Made by a program: the position numbers and the translations under genes. 64,000 bases of DNA from Proteromonas lacertae (Eukaryota), in the NCBI GenBank assembly GCA_002245135.1, contig NGBS01000583.1, positions 434,001 to 498,000 of the forward strand, in the 5' to 3' direction. Shown here one piece after another: positions 26,397 through 41,098 of this stretch (position 1 is its first letter; the number at the start of each line of letters is the position of its first letter). Below the pieces are notes generated by a model. The model saw nothing but the letters and a program-made list of their open reading frames with translations. It did not search any database and was not told the origin of the DNA.

Positions 26397-27353
26397 ATGT
26401 CTTTCCAACATGAAGGATGGAATTTCACAGTAAAAAATGCTCCACCAGCTGATGGTGGTTCTGTATTGTAATTAAATTGTGATATTCTAGTTATCTCAGT
26501 TTATGAGTCAACAAGGTTTCCCAAGTATACCACCGCCTCGTCAAGTGTTTGGAAATAGTTCAATTACTGTATATACTGTTTTATTTATCATGTATATAGT
26601 TGAATTTCCCTCATATGGGTTTTACTTTCACTGTTGATGGATTCAGTTGTTTGAAAAGATGGGCTGTACTTCAGAAAGAGTAAAGATATCTAGTAATTAT
26701 ATTCTATTAATAGGGAAGAAAAAAATACTGGAATTAAAGTTAGTCAAAAAACATATGATGCTACTTATCAGTATTATTAGAATTGATTAAGTATATATAT
26801 AGACAAGATTATGAAGCTGATATTGTAGTAGATAGAAAGATTGTTACAGCTTATTTCAGACAAGCCAAGTTAATTGAAGATAGTCCAAGAATCGGTGAAA
26901 GAGTACCAACACGATTAGAAATACCAAAAGGATTACAGATAAGAAAAGAAGATTTAATTTTCTATGATAATGTTGAATTATACAATGATGACTTACAAGG
27001 TCATGGTAGATGTGATTGTAATGCTAAATTGAGAGTAACTAATCAATTTTTCATTGTACAATTACAATATTTCTTACATGTTGTTGGAGATAGAGTTTTA
27101 TTGAGAGAAGTGCGTTTCTACCATCGATTCAATGATCAGATGATATTACAAGAGACAACTGTACGTGAAGCTACAATTGAAGACTTGAGATGTGTATAAT
27201 TTGATAGTTTTATTTATTGATAAATAGTTTTGTAGATCACATGTTCCAGAAGATCAATTAGCAACTGTAGATGTAGTAAGAGAAGCATTAGATCCCTCAT
27301 TCATTGAAAGAAAAGGAATTGCAGCTGATGTGAGAAAGAATTATGTATTTTAA
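26397..27353 (+). CDS. TIPRL: TIP41-like PP2A regulator
   Basis: QVFGNSSI, LIFYDNVELYNDDLQGHG...KLRV...YFLHVVGDRVLLREVRFYHRF; five introns. Confidence 0.8.
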
Positions 27354-27433
27354 AACGATTATTAATTAATTATGTTTTTTAATATTACTTGTTCGATTTA
27401 AAATAGAAAAAAAAAGAAAGATTATAAAATGAA

Positions 27434-28962
27434 TCAGATACCTTCATAAACTTCACATACTATTTATAATATAATATAATATAATATATATATACATCTA
27501 GCTGCAATATTGTCTTTTTCACTACCATAAGTATACTTACTCTTATGATTAAAACAATCTTTGTTTATAATCATTTCACAGATTAATGATATTTGACTAT
27601 TAGTTGTTTCTTTCTTAATAAAAGCAATCATCTTCATCGTCTTCAACATATTGTCCTTCCCTACTAATTCAACTTCATCTTCAATATGGTAAGATAAAAA
27701 CATATTCAAAGCTTTCATTTGTACATCTTCATTCACATCTTGTATTCTTGATAAGAGTAATGGTATAAAGTATTCTTTCTCACATCTGGATGAATTGACT
27801 ATATAATCTAAACATTTACTTCTTATTGCAGATGATTTATCATAATCAGCGATATTTAATAAGTGTCGAAATATGTATTTACTCATACATATCATATCAT
27901 CTTTGTGAAATTGTTGTAAATTCAGTAGTATATCCAATATTTTACTTCTGATAGTTATTGATTTTTCATTTGGTAGAATATGTTCAAAATAAACAAACAC
28001 CAAATCATCAGGAATGAAGAAATTACAGTAATTAATAATATACTCCCTTACTATATATATATATATATATATTATTATTATTATACCATTAACATTATAA
28101 GTCTTATAGAAATGACCCACAAATATAAACGCTGTTCTTGATAGTCGATATTGTAGTCCATTAATAGTGACATATCTCTCATATGTAGTAAAAAACTTCT
28201 CATATAATGTCTGGATTCTTTTACTCTCTTCACTGTGAGTATCTAGTGAAAAGTACTTTAATGTATATTCAGTGAAAAAACTAGTCTATACATATTATTT
28301 ATATTATATACTGCTTGTAAAATCCAATTCTCTCCAAATATACTCCAGTGGTCAAATAACATAATGAACATTTTGATGTAATCCTCAAGTCTTTTGTAGA
28401 ATAACTCATTATTTAACATTATTCTTAAGTATGTAGATAATAATGCGTTCATATATTTCTTTATTTCGTTAGTTTGTGAAGTTTGAGAGAGGATATAGTG
28501 TCCAATCGAGTTGTATAACACCTTTATACCACCATAATAGTCACTTTGGTCATAAAAATCAGGGCAGTTGAATATTTCGGTAGAGAGCACTTCAATAAAC
28601 TGATTCTTTATGTTTTTATCTAATTCGTTGAATTTTTTCTCTACTAAATAGTCAACTTGTAATGAATCAATTTTGCATATATCACACAACAGACACAGAC
28701 CATCTAAACATGTATATCACCAACAAAATACATTGAATTTTGTAATTGGGTGATCTTTTGTTTTTATTCCGACTATAATTGCTATGTTTGATGAATTTGA
28801 AATACTGCTCAATTAAATATGGGAAATCTAGCACACTATACTGAGAAATTGATTTTTCAAATTTCAAAACAGCTATATGAAGTGCATCGTTTGATTCTAG
28901 TGGTTTTGAAAAGCTATGGAATAGTAAAAACCATGTATATACTAGTATATCTCTTTATCCAT
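27434..28962 (-). CDS. HEAT/ARM-repeat protein (weak condensin CAP-G / STAG-like motifs)
   Basis: ATG GAT AAA GAG at 28962; five GT-AG introns; HEAT-like DKSSAIRSKCL and RIQDVNEDVQMKAL. Confidence 0.55.
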
Positions 28963-29323
28963 TGAGTATTTGAAGAAGCAAAAAAATTGCGCCAAGTCAG
29001 GGATCAATATTATAAAGTGAAATTCACATAAGATCCACATTCATATTAATAGTTAGCACATTCTTCATATCCCACAGTGCTAACTTTGACGAAGCAATGA
29101 AAAGATGGTGGGGTATTGGGTATAATCTGCTAGTGTATGTTAATCTATATTTTTTAATATACGCTTCGAACATAGATTTTCTCTATATAAACAAGGAATG
29201 ATGAAAATGAATGTTTCAAAAATATGATCGTTACAAAAATAATAATTTTACTTTTTCTTCACATATAATGAATAAAGCAACAAAATAATAATTTAAATGT
29301 ACACTTAAAGACGATTAAAGCTT

Positions 29324-30721
29324 TTAATAATAACTTGGCTTATAAGTTCCACTTGAATCAACATGAACTTTATTCTGTGACAATAGACTATTGTATTCAT
29401 CCATAAATTGTGAAACTAATCTCTGTAAACTTATATTAGTACTTAAAATAGGTAAAACTTCATTATAAAGAAATTCTTTGGTATTTAAACCCATCGATTT
29501 GTAACAATAGACAGAATTTGATTTGCCCAAAAATGAATTACACAAAACGGTAATTCTAGCTTCATCACTATTCTTAGTCAAAAAATCAATATATTTCACC
29601 ATCCAATACTTAAAATCTTCTTTAGAGTTTAATACAATAGAAGATCCTATTTGATTCTCGATATGAACTCTTGTTGATTGCTGAATATCACTATTACTAG
29701 CATTATACAATAATCTAACTAAATCATTACCATTATTCTGAAACTCTCTCAATGGAAATTGTATTTCATTTAATGGTGCTGATGTTGATTGTTGTTGTGA
29801 TATATTTCTATTATTATTGCTATTATTGTCGCTATTATTGTTATTATCATTTCCATTTGTTGATGTTAATGCAACTACAGCTGTAATAGAAGAAGAAGAA
29901 GAAGATGATGATGATGATGAAGTTAATGGTAATGAATGTGAATAAGTTGAATAAAATTCAGATAATAAATAACCACATGAATCCATAGGAGTCCATAGCT
30001 TCATATTTGGATTAAATGCAAAACATCTAATGTTATTATTAATCTTTATAGTAATAACAGGTATTCCACTATTAGTTATAAATGCTCTTAAAATGGTAAT
30101 ATCATTGGGTAATGGAATAGTATCACACATTGATTGTATTACAGAAATTATATCACTTTCACATATTAAATGAAAATCAGATAAATTGTATAATAAACAA
30201 TTACCATTCATTGTCAAACAAAACAGAATTGAGTTAGAATTCAGTGCAAATAGATGTAATGGCGCTGGTAGAATATATGCACCTAAATGAATACCATTAT
30301 CACTATTCAATATATAAAGTGTATTACAATTGTCACAAACACATATATAATTCTTATTAGCAACCATACACATCGCTTGATTTGGTATAAATGACAATTC
30401 TTCCATATTATCCTTGTACAACCTTGTCCTTGAGTTATTATTCAAATCAGTTTGTGCTGTTATTGTGTATAATATATTAGTATTATCACTAAACACACTA
30501 CATGCTAATAATGGAGATGGTTGTATTGGTATTAGTAAGTAAGATGGTCTTTGTGGCTCTACTTCATGTATTTCCATTAATTCATCATTAGTATTACTAT
30601 TTCTTGATTTTCTTCTTCGTTTAGCTTTTCTTTTCTCTGATTCTGCTGGAGTAACTGATGTAGTAGTAATATCTGTAGAATTAGTTGCATTATCATTTTG
30701 ACTTGGAGTTATTTCATCTGA

Positions 30722-30777
<56 letters not shown>

Positions 30778-32816
30778 CTGAATCACTGTTTGTAGGAACT
30801 ATACTAACATCATTACTTTGTGGTTTAGTAATTGATTTTGATTTATTAGTTTTGCTTTTCTTTGTAGAAGGTGATTTGGGTGATTGTGATAATTTCCTTT
30901 TCTGTTTTCTAGTTGGAGATGATTGAGAACCTGATTGTTTTCTGACATTAAATAAATCTAATATTTCATTATCTGAATCACTACTACTATTATTACCTTC
31001 ATTATTAATTTTATCATCTTTTTCTGCTTCTTCTTTCTTCATTTTTTCTTTTTTTACTTTCACTTCTTTATCTTTTTTCTTTTCTTTAACAACATCTTTC
31101 TTTTTCTGTAAAGCTTTTAATCTCTCGATTTCTGTTATTACTCTAGCTGGATTAGCTGGTAAAACATCAGTTGCTTCGGTTGTGAATAATTCAGATGTTT
31201 TAATTGGTTTAATTGATGATACAAATATTGGTTGGATTCTTTTCTTTCCAGATTTTGTTATTGTTTCAATTTGCTTTTGTGTGTTATGAACTATTCGTTT
31301 TTTAGTCTCTTCATCTTCATTTACTGGGTTTTCTTCAGATTGCATCTATTTAAAAAATATAAAATAACATAATACAAATACTTTCTTTCCTTTTTCTCTT
31401 AATTTCAATATATCAATACTTTCAGGTAGATTTCAAACCATTTGCACCTTCTCCTCCACCATTCGTAATTCCAGTTTAATATATTTCCATCACCAATACT
31501 ACTATGAATTGATCCAAAATGGCTAGTAATATACATTTCTTTCTCTCTTGGAGTAAATGGAATTCCTAATTCTTTAGTAGTAAATGACAGTACAATTACT
31601 TCACCAGCTGAACTGAGATGTATAAATTATAACCATTTTCAGCCCAACATACATCAGTTATCCTACTCTTTACTATATTCTTGATAACAACTATAGGTTT
31701 GTCTTTATTAATACACCATACTGATAATGTACTATCACATCCACCCAAAGCACAATAAATAGATATTTTATCAGAATGACCTTTATTATTATTATTATTA
31801 TTATTTCCTTCATCATTATGAAATATCACTGGGTTGTATTCACAAGCTAAAACTGTCTTTTTATTACCCATTAAGAATGAATCTGCTTTCCAAGTCTCTC
31901 TGTTTACTAGAGCTACAGTTTCTTGTTTGTTATGTAATATACACGATATTAACAACTTATTACCGATTGGAGACCAACTTAACCTTCTAGCAGTATCAGA
32001 ATCAGGACTTATATTATCTAATTGTATTTTCTTATGAATATCCCATTTAGAAGTACTCCAAATGATTATTTCTGCTTTATCTGATTGACTGGCAATATAC
32101 TATCAATATATATATATATATATATAATACTCTTCCTAGTGTATCCCAAGCTATTCCCATTACCCATCCAGTATGCCCTTTCAACTCTTTAAACGGAGTA
32201 TTAACAGTTACTCTTTTACAAGCTTCTGAACTTATATTCCATACTTTTACTGTGTTGTCCAGTGATGCTGATGCTATGAAATGGTCATTAGGAGACCATG
32301 TTATATCAATTATATCTATTTGTGATAATATTTTGATTATACCGGTTGAATGACCTGAAAATGTAACAATTGATTCCCAATGTTCTTTATATTGAATAAT
32401 TGATGGATCAATAACTGGGTTTTCAAATGACTGCTTCATCCATATTGATACTACAGATGAACAAGATGCTAGCATTCTATAGAACGAGAATGATTTATCT
32501 AAAATTATACTTCCCTGAATGGGACCATCTTATTGTGCTTATAATAGATGATTCTGATGATAGAACAGATATCAATCGATTTTCTTTTGGTTCTTTATCA
32601 TTGAAAATTGCTTCAGGACTCCATAAATATATGTCGGCTATTTAACATAAAAAATATCGTTGATTCCATACATCCAGAGCAAGTTGCGAGATAAAAAGAT
32701 TGAGGATGAACAGAAAGTGAATATATACTGAACGCTATTGCTATAATAATGACAATTATACGTTTCTTATTGCCTACATCATTATAAAGCCATTCTGGAT
32801 CAACAAGTAACACCAT
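29324..32816 (-). CDS. HIRA: Histone chaperone HIRA (WD40 + B-motif + Hira domain); local frameshifts at ~31430-31620
   Basis: MVLLVDPEWL..IYSLSVHP, LKGHTGWVMGIAWDTLG, RRLSWSP, B-motif TKSGKKRIQPIF, C-terminal HIENQIGSSIVLNSKEDFKYWMVKY. Confidence 0.9.
30721..30777. repeat. (AAT)n microsatellite encoding poly-Asn in HIRA
   Basis: Run of ATT triplets on the plus strand. Confidence 0.9.
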
Positions 32817-32888
32817 AATTTCGATTTTAGACTTTTCTAAATTCAAGCCTCAAGTTTGAATCCATTCAAGTTTTTTAATTGAAAAACG

Positions 32889-33204
32889 ATGTGGTCCAGA
32901 TTACTAACTCGTGGAATATTTGGTGTGAAGAATACTATACCAAAAACAATGAGAGCTGGAATTAAACGTTTCTCGACAGAAGCAGAACATGCCTCAAAAT
33001 GCGCAACAGAAGAAGCTGCACCTCATTTTCATATCAACAAAACACATAAAATTATTGCTGATGTTATGGGCACTGTAATGTGGTTTTGGATCTTCTATCG
33101 TTGTAAGAAAGATGGTGCTGTAGTTTTTGTATTATTATTCCACATTTTAATTTATCTAGGGATTAAAGAAACCATACTTGGAAGATGCTCCAGAACATGA
33201 GTAA
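32889..33204 (+). CDS. NDUFB2: NADH dehydrogenase (complex I) subunit NDUFB2/AGGG-like, with a mitochondrial-type presequence
   Basis: HKIIADVMGTVMWFWIFYRCKKDGAVVF|GLKKPY; Arg-rich N-terminus MWSRLLTRG. Confidence 0.8.
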
Positions 33205-33344
33205 ATTAAGACAGATTTTGATAAAGTCTCAATAGTTATTATTTGATTCATTATAAAATGTTTTAATTGTGGAGAAATATTCAATATAACATAAAATAAT
33301 AAATAAAATAGAGGTAAATTAGACATTTATGTAAAACACACAAA

Positions 33345-33788
33345 TTATTTCTTCTCATGAGAAGTTCTAATAACAAAATAGAACAATATATACAAGTCTT
33401 GGAACATAGTTTTCATGGACAAAGATATTTGATCCAACTCCTTTTGCTGATCAAAATTATGCGTAAAACCTTTTGATTCCCATTTCTTTTCATCAAGTGG
33501 TATTGTTCGATATATACTAAAGTATAAATACAATAGAAATACCTTGATTCTTCTCCTAGATAAAAATCAATTAGTTCTCTCTGCTTCTGTAAAGCAGTAC
33601 TAAATTTTGCTGTCATTTCTTCACAATGCTTCCCTGTATACATATTTAATATAAATAAATATACCAAAAGCTCTAAATTCTCTATTCTTCTTTGCTTCAT
33701 TCAACATTCTAATCCCAGATGACAAATAATTTATAGAGGCAGCCTCAGCAGTAGCATCGTCCAAATCATTCTGGTAGTTCTCATTCAT
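33345..33788 (-). CDS. Small hypothetical protein
   Basis: ATG 33788; three GT-AG introns give one open frame ending TSHEKK-TAA. Confidence 0.6.
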
Positions 33789-33886
33789 CAATTTTTCAGA
33801 TCAAATCAATATTCGAGCTTACCTTATTTTTTTATTAAAATAAAAAATATTTCTCAATTAAAGAATAAACGAACAAAAGATAAATA

Positions 33887-36800
33887 TTATAAATCTTCTA
33901 TATCTATGATTTTAGACAAATCATTCAAAAGACATTGATTTCTTTTCAATTTCCTCCACAAATTATTCTTCTGATACATTGTATCACATTCTAATGATAA
34001 ACACTCAAAATTATTCATATCATAATAAACACAATTGCTACACTTTCTCAAACAATAGAAATACTCTTTTTCAATTCTCTTGGATTTCATTGTTAAGAAA
34101 TACAATGATTGTTGTTTATTTTCTAAACATTTATCACATATAGAATTATTTGTCAATTCATTACATAAACAACAATAACTACTTTCATAATATTGATCAA
34201 TTGTACCATGAATTTCACTCTTTTTATTCTCACCATTTCTTATTAATACAGTATCACCTGGATTCTTCAATATTCTATAATAATCTTCATCACTAAGTGT
34301 ATATATTGATTTCTCCCTTGGTCTTTTCAGTTCATTATACCATGATAATACATCACAACCAATTAGGTCAAATAATCTAGCTAATGATGGAACTATTTGA
34401 TGAGTGATATAATAAATTCCATTTATATGATAAGATGAATTATTAAGTAAATTAAAAGGAGAAACTACTAAATCACAAATTCTAGAACCTGGTTCTCCAT
34501 AGATTACAACATATGGAATTCTCTGTTTATACAGTGGTTCTGTTCTATAATCTTTTTTCATTGAGTTTAATGCAACTATTGCAGATGGAGGTGGTGGTCC
34601 TCTTGTACTATATTTTCCTAATCTCACTTCCTTTGAGAAAATGAAATCTTTTATACAAACATGATCAGATAAAATCTTTATAAACTGATTTTGAACATAT
34701 CTTTTCACATTCGATAGATCTTTTGTTAAGAATAGTTTCATCAATGCTTTTTCTTCTATTTTCTTAACTGCATCACAATTATCTCTTCTTATTACTTCTA
34801 TTCCTTTTGCTTCAAATCTATTACAAAATAATAACAAATAATATTATATATACTCTGGTGGTTCATCTGGATTTTCATATTTATAACCAACATATCTTTT
34901 CTTACTTGCCAATATACAAGGATAATATATTTTCTCATATTTCAATTGAACTGGGTAAGGATTCATTGATGTAACTCTTTTACATATTTTCTGTGCAATT
35001 TCATAACTTTCTTTTACACTTTTTCCTTCAAATTCAATAAACATACTATCAGTATCACCATACATAACTTTACCTCCAAATTCTTTCTCCACTGTATTCA
35101 TTGCTCTTAATAAAGTTTCTTTTGCTGTTTCTACTATTGAATCAGCTATTTCACTACATGGCATTCTACCACTATAACTAGCAGCAACATAACCATAACT
35201 TGTATTAGCTACCATTTTTAAAGCATGTTCTCTGTGATGCAGTTTTCCATAAATATATTTTTCATTCTTCAAATGTTTCATTGTTTTCTTTACTAATATT
35301 CTTATTGATAATATCAAATCTTCCATTGTTGGCATTACACCTCTTCTAATATTTGGTTTTACAAACACAACACCATTTGGAGATATAAATATATCATCTT
35401 TAAACTTCTCTAATATCTTCGAATCACATACATAATTCAAAGGTCCTAAGAATGGTTCAATCATTGGTTCTAATCCATGAGATATTCTCCCTAAACATGT
35501 TGAATAACACATATTATAAGCAGACATTATGGATGGATATAATGATTGAAAATCTAATACAACAACAGGATGGTGATGGAATGATGCTGATGGTTCTAAT
35601 ACCAATGGCAAACATTCTAATGGTTTTTGACAAGCTACTTGTTCATTAGATGGTGATGCTAATAAATAATTCAAAGGTTTTGCTAATCGAAAAATAAATC
35701 CTTCATTTATATATTGAGATCCTCTTATCAATCCTTGAGAATATTGAACTCCATATAGTCTAGGCAAATTCACAGTTTTGATTAATTAAATCAATACTAT
35801 CAATTAACTCAATTGTCACTTTCACTCTTTTCAAATAGTAGTCAATTGTATTACATCTTAATTCTGGTACTATAAACCATTCAGTTAATTGTTTGTATGT
35901 AAAAACAGGAAATACTCTATGAAGTGTAACAGAAACTAATTTTTCAAGAGAATAATTCCTTAAAGTATCCATATCTCTTTTGAATAATCTCCAAATATTC
36001 AATACAATTCTACCAATAAATGAAATGCCAGATCCTTTCTGCTTATCATAAGTATCAGTATTTCTATGATCTGGAGCCATGTATGGAGTTCTACCAATTA
36101 ATTGAAGAAATGGAAAATCTATTACTACACTTCTAGAGTATAAATAACCCCACGAACTAGCTTGTGTTTCATATCCTACTAGAAAATCAGGATCCCAGCA
36201 ATGGACTATTTCAACGAGCTTTAAAAACAAATCATATTCAGTATGAACAATGTCATAAAATACCATATTGTTATTCATATTAATTGAATATTTCTTTGTA
36301 AAGTTTTTGGGGTAATAATTCTTTGGATATAATATCTTTGCAAACTCTAATACATCTTTTATATCATCTGATAGATTGGTGTAATGTTTACATTTCATCA
36401 TATTCTTCATTAATTCTTCAGGTGAATTGATAAAACTACTTGAATCTTTAAAATCTAAATGATTTTCTTTTTCATCATCATTACTTGTATTACCATCAAC
36501 TATTTCTTCCTCTTTCACTTGTTTTTCTGTATCTTCTTCGATTTCTTCTTCTTCAAGTAATATATATCCAATTAAATCATTCTCAGTTTTATCATTACAA
36601 TACTCTAAACCACCAGGACGAATATAATAGAAAATACAAGTTGTTGTGTCTTTTAATGGATCTGGTGAATAGTTTTCTCTTGTTTTACAAAACACATCTA
36701 TTGACATTATTGGTGAAGTATTGTTTATCATGAATACCTTCTCCATCTCTATTCCTTACTAATTCTTGTACCTTTTTATCAGCTGATAAATTTGAAGATA

Positions 36801-39800
36801 CTTTGTTTGGTGGAGTAACAATTGATTTATTTTGTGTAGAAATAATCTCTTTTTCTTTTCTCCAATTAGTTCTTATTTTCTGAGAGTTGTATAATAACTT
36901 GTTTATTTTACCTACTTGTATTTTTGATTTATTTGGAGATGATGATTTTGAGGATATTGGTAGTGATGAGGAAGAAGAATTTTTACTATTTTTATCAGCA
37001 TTTGATTTGTCTTTTTTATACTGTAATCTTATCATTAATGGTGATGGAGGAATTAATGTTGGAATTAAACGGTAAGAACAACAAAATTGTTTATGATAAG
37101 GACAAAGAAATGAAGGACAAGACAATCCAATTAATGATAATTCTATTGGATTTAATCTTTGTTGTTTATTTACATCATATAACATTGTTGATTCAGACAG
37201 TTGAGATTTAGGAGTTTGTTTAAATGACAAATTTACATTAAATTCAGGTAAATAGTTATAATTGTCATAAGGTCCATCGATCTATTTACATAATATTAAT
37301 AATATAAAATTATACCTTTAAAACTTTACCTCTGAATGATTTAAACTTTGATGGTATATCATCAGGATTAGAACAAAATGCAGGTTGATTATGATGATGT
37401 GGTAAATGATACTTATCTAATGTGGATAATATATGTTTGGCTGTAGGTGGTTTAGTTAAGAATCTCAGTCTATTTACTGGTCTTTCTACTATTAACTTTT
37501 CATTCAATTCATTAATTACTTTTTTGCTTGGAGTTGTTGGTCTGGAATGAGATGAAGGAGCAGATTTTGTAGAAGAACGATTTGGAGTGTTTGATGATTT
37601 CTTTTTAGATGATGTTAATCTCAGCTTTGGAGAAAATGCTGATGGAGGTGACATGACATATTTAGGTGAATGAAGAGGAATTGGAGAAGTTGGAGGTTGA
37701 AATTTCTTATCTTCTATTGGTATTTCTTTTTGTATAATCTGAGGTGTTTGTGCTTCAAAAGAATCTTTCTTTTCTTCGATTGGTATTTGAATAAGTGATG
37801 ATGATGAAGATGTTGTTGATGAAAGTGATATTGTTGTTTTCGATGGTAATTTGGGTGTATCTTCTTTCAATTTATCTAATTGTGGAGAAAATGATGTTGT
37901 TGTAGGTAATTGTGGTGTTTGTGATTGTGGTGAGGATGAAACATCAGATAATGGAAATAGAGAATCTTGAAATTCCTTTAACAAACATTTTTGTCTTATT
38001 TGATAATTAATTGCATAATACTTCTTCTTATAATTAATTTTAGGAGAATATACTTTTATTTTCTGGATTTTATCTGGAAAAGATGATGGTGATAATTGCT
38101 GTTGTGTATGACGAGTATAAAATGAATCATTTAATTTATTATCATTTTCTTCTTTATCACTTGAATCATCTTCCATTTTACTATCCACACTAACATCAAT
38201 AACAGTAGCATCTGATGTTTGATTTTTGTTATTCCCTTTTGGTGCATAATATGGAAATAATACAGGAGATTCAGTAGAACATTTCACAGTATGAGAAGAT
38301 AGTGATGGTAATGATAGAGGAGTAATATTTAACTTATTTTTATTATTTACATTTGTTGATTCTTTATCTTCTTCGGAATATATAATTGAAGGAGAATCAA
38401 AATCACTATCATCACTCTTTCTACCTGATATAAATGATTGTAATTCTTCATATACATTATCTAATTCTTCTGATTTTTTATGGACATTATTATTCTTCAA
38501 TTTTTTAATTGGTTCTTCAACATCTATTTTGATTTCTTCCTTTCTTTTGATTGGTTCATCTTTGTTATCATCTTCATCATCATCATCTTCTTCTTCTTCT
38601 TCTACATCACAAACTACATTTCTTTCGCTCTCTTCCTCTTCAGCTTCATCATCTGTTTCATCTTCATCATCTTCTTCCATTACACTTGGTAAGAGTGGAG
38701 TATAAACTGTTGGTCTAAAAGCTCTGGTAGTAGTAATAAATGATGATCTATTCCTCCTTACACCAATTGTTCTTCTTTTATTAGAATTCTTATTGTTACT
38801 ATTCTTACTATTTTCAATAAAATCATTTTGACCATCAAAATGACTATATAATTGTAAGAATTTTCTTTCTTGTGTATCTTGTATATGTTCTTTTTCTGTT
38901 TTAATAATACTCATACACTCTTCTTGAGTAAAACCTGGTGGAATATAATTATCATTATCATCATCTGGATTATGATTATGACTCTGAGGAGGTGGAAGAT
39001 TACTATGTGTATCTATCATTGTTATTCTATCAACTGCTTGGCTACAATATGATACACTATCTTCCACCAGTTCATATTCATCATCATTATCATCATTATT
39101 TTCTTCAGCATCTGAATTGTGTATATTTTTCATTATATCTTCCATTTGTTGAGACATTGATTGTTTTCCTATTGCTAGTGTTGGAAGTGATGATGGAATA
39201 ACAGGAGGAGGTTTCTACAATAATATATAATAACAATAAACAATACTATTTCAAATTCTGGATATTTTAATAAATTATCAGTTTTCTATTAAACATAAAA
39301 TACAAAAATAAATAATACATGACTTTCTTCAATGATTAAACCAACTTTTTCATACCATATTCTATCAGTATCTGTCAGATTATATCCTTTTCTCTCTTTT
39401 ATCTCACTAATCATTAAACTAGGTTGTGATCCAATATTAAACACATCTCTAAGTCTTTTATCTTCATCAATTGCACCTTGTAAAGATGGTAATTTACTAC
39501 TGTAACTTGTACTAATACTACTAATATCATTATTACTATCTAATTGATGTTGTTCATGTTGTTTCTGCTGATATTCTGTTATAAATTTTGTATTTAATAT
39601 ATCATTCACATCAACATCACATTCTAATTCACAGGCTATAAATGAATATATATTAATAATACTCGTCTGTCTCATATACCTTCCAGTTCCATAATATATT
39701 GGATCAACAAGTGTTTTCTTCTTTTCCTCTTTTTTATTATTAGTATCATCTTTATCCTTATTATTATTGATAATATTAGGTTTCTTTTCATATGGAACAT

Positions 39801-40742
39801 ATTCTCTTATCATTGTAGTAGGAACTGATAAAGTTGTGTAACTTCTTTGATTTAAAGGTAATTCTATTGTATTATCACATCCATGAGTAGGTAATGGAGC
39901 TCGAAACTAATAATTGAATAATATAATAATAGAATAAAATAATATACAAGAATTTTATTTGAATATAAAAGATCCATTCCAAAAAGATTATTATCGACCA
40001 TAAACTGTAATATATAATCTAAATGAGATTCATAAGGTTGATAAACTTCTTGTAATATTTGACCAGTCACTAATAAACTTGATAATATCTTCACATAATA
40101 AGGATTGAATCTAAATTATATGTATTAAAATAACAATACAAACATATTTTGACAAATAATTCTTCATGTTCATGATATCCATATATATCTATTGCTTTAA
40201 CCATTTTCAACTATAGATGATTTATTATATTGAATATATATTATACATGAGATATATATTTACTGTTTTTACTTGTCGCTTTATCATTATTTATCCTAAT
40301 ATAATCACTACCATCACTTTTTGATGAATAAACATTAACATCTATTATTGAACAATAACAATTTGTTAATACATTTATCAGGGTGTGCTTTTGCATCACG
40401 TAGTTTTAATTCACAACACTCTTCAAAAGCAATCAACCAATTTTTTAAATCTTTATGCTTTTCTATAAAATCATCAGATAGTTTTATATAAAAATGAGGA
40501 TAGACGTTATGAACATGTAAACAACATTTTTGCCCTGATGCTGTACTCCCAAAAATTCTAATTATTGGAACCATTACTTTTTTCATATCATCTGCCATTT
40601 TCACTCCCATAAACTCTTTTTCATACTCTTTTGTTGGAAATCCTAAGTAATAATCCTAGATTAATAAATCACTTCAATGTCATACTAAATGACCTATTCT
40701 CACTGCGAAGAAAACATCACTTGGGTAACAATGACTGTTCAT
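33887..40742 (-). CDS. REV3: DNA polymerase zeta catalytic subunit; two apparent +1 frameshifts (35763, 36712)
   Basis: N-terminal FFAVRIGHLDYYLGFP, PIIRIFGSTASGQKCCLHVH, YESHLDYILQFMVDNNLFGM; Pol-B LDFQSLYPSIM, KMVANTSYGY, YGDTDSMF; C-terminal CysA/CysB. Confidence 0.95.
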
Positions 40743-41098
40743 ATCTTAATTTATATTCTACCTACCTACACTGCATAAAAATGACATTTATATATTTTTG
40801 GAGGGATTACGCGGTTCAATTTTGTTAAAAAATGTCATTTTGGAAATATAAAAACAATAAACATACATATTGAAAGTTAATTTTAACAATTAGCAATGAA
40901 ATCAAAAATATTTCTTGCAATTTCAATCAGTTAGAATATAGTAAAAGATGTATGAAAGTATTGTAACGATTAAAAATGATATTTATCATGGAATCAAAGA
41001 ATAATCAATAATGAGAGATGAAAAACGAAGATTAAAAAATTACATTTTGATGGTAAATTTACATCCTTTTGACATTTTATTCTTTCTTTGCATATAAG

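Noticed and set aside
33887..40742. REV3, HIRA and UBA5 as pseudogenes
   Set aside because: Catalytic and family motifs are intact and only isolated 1-nt indels disrupt them, consistent with assembly error.
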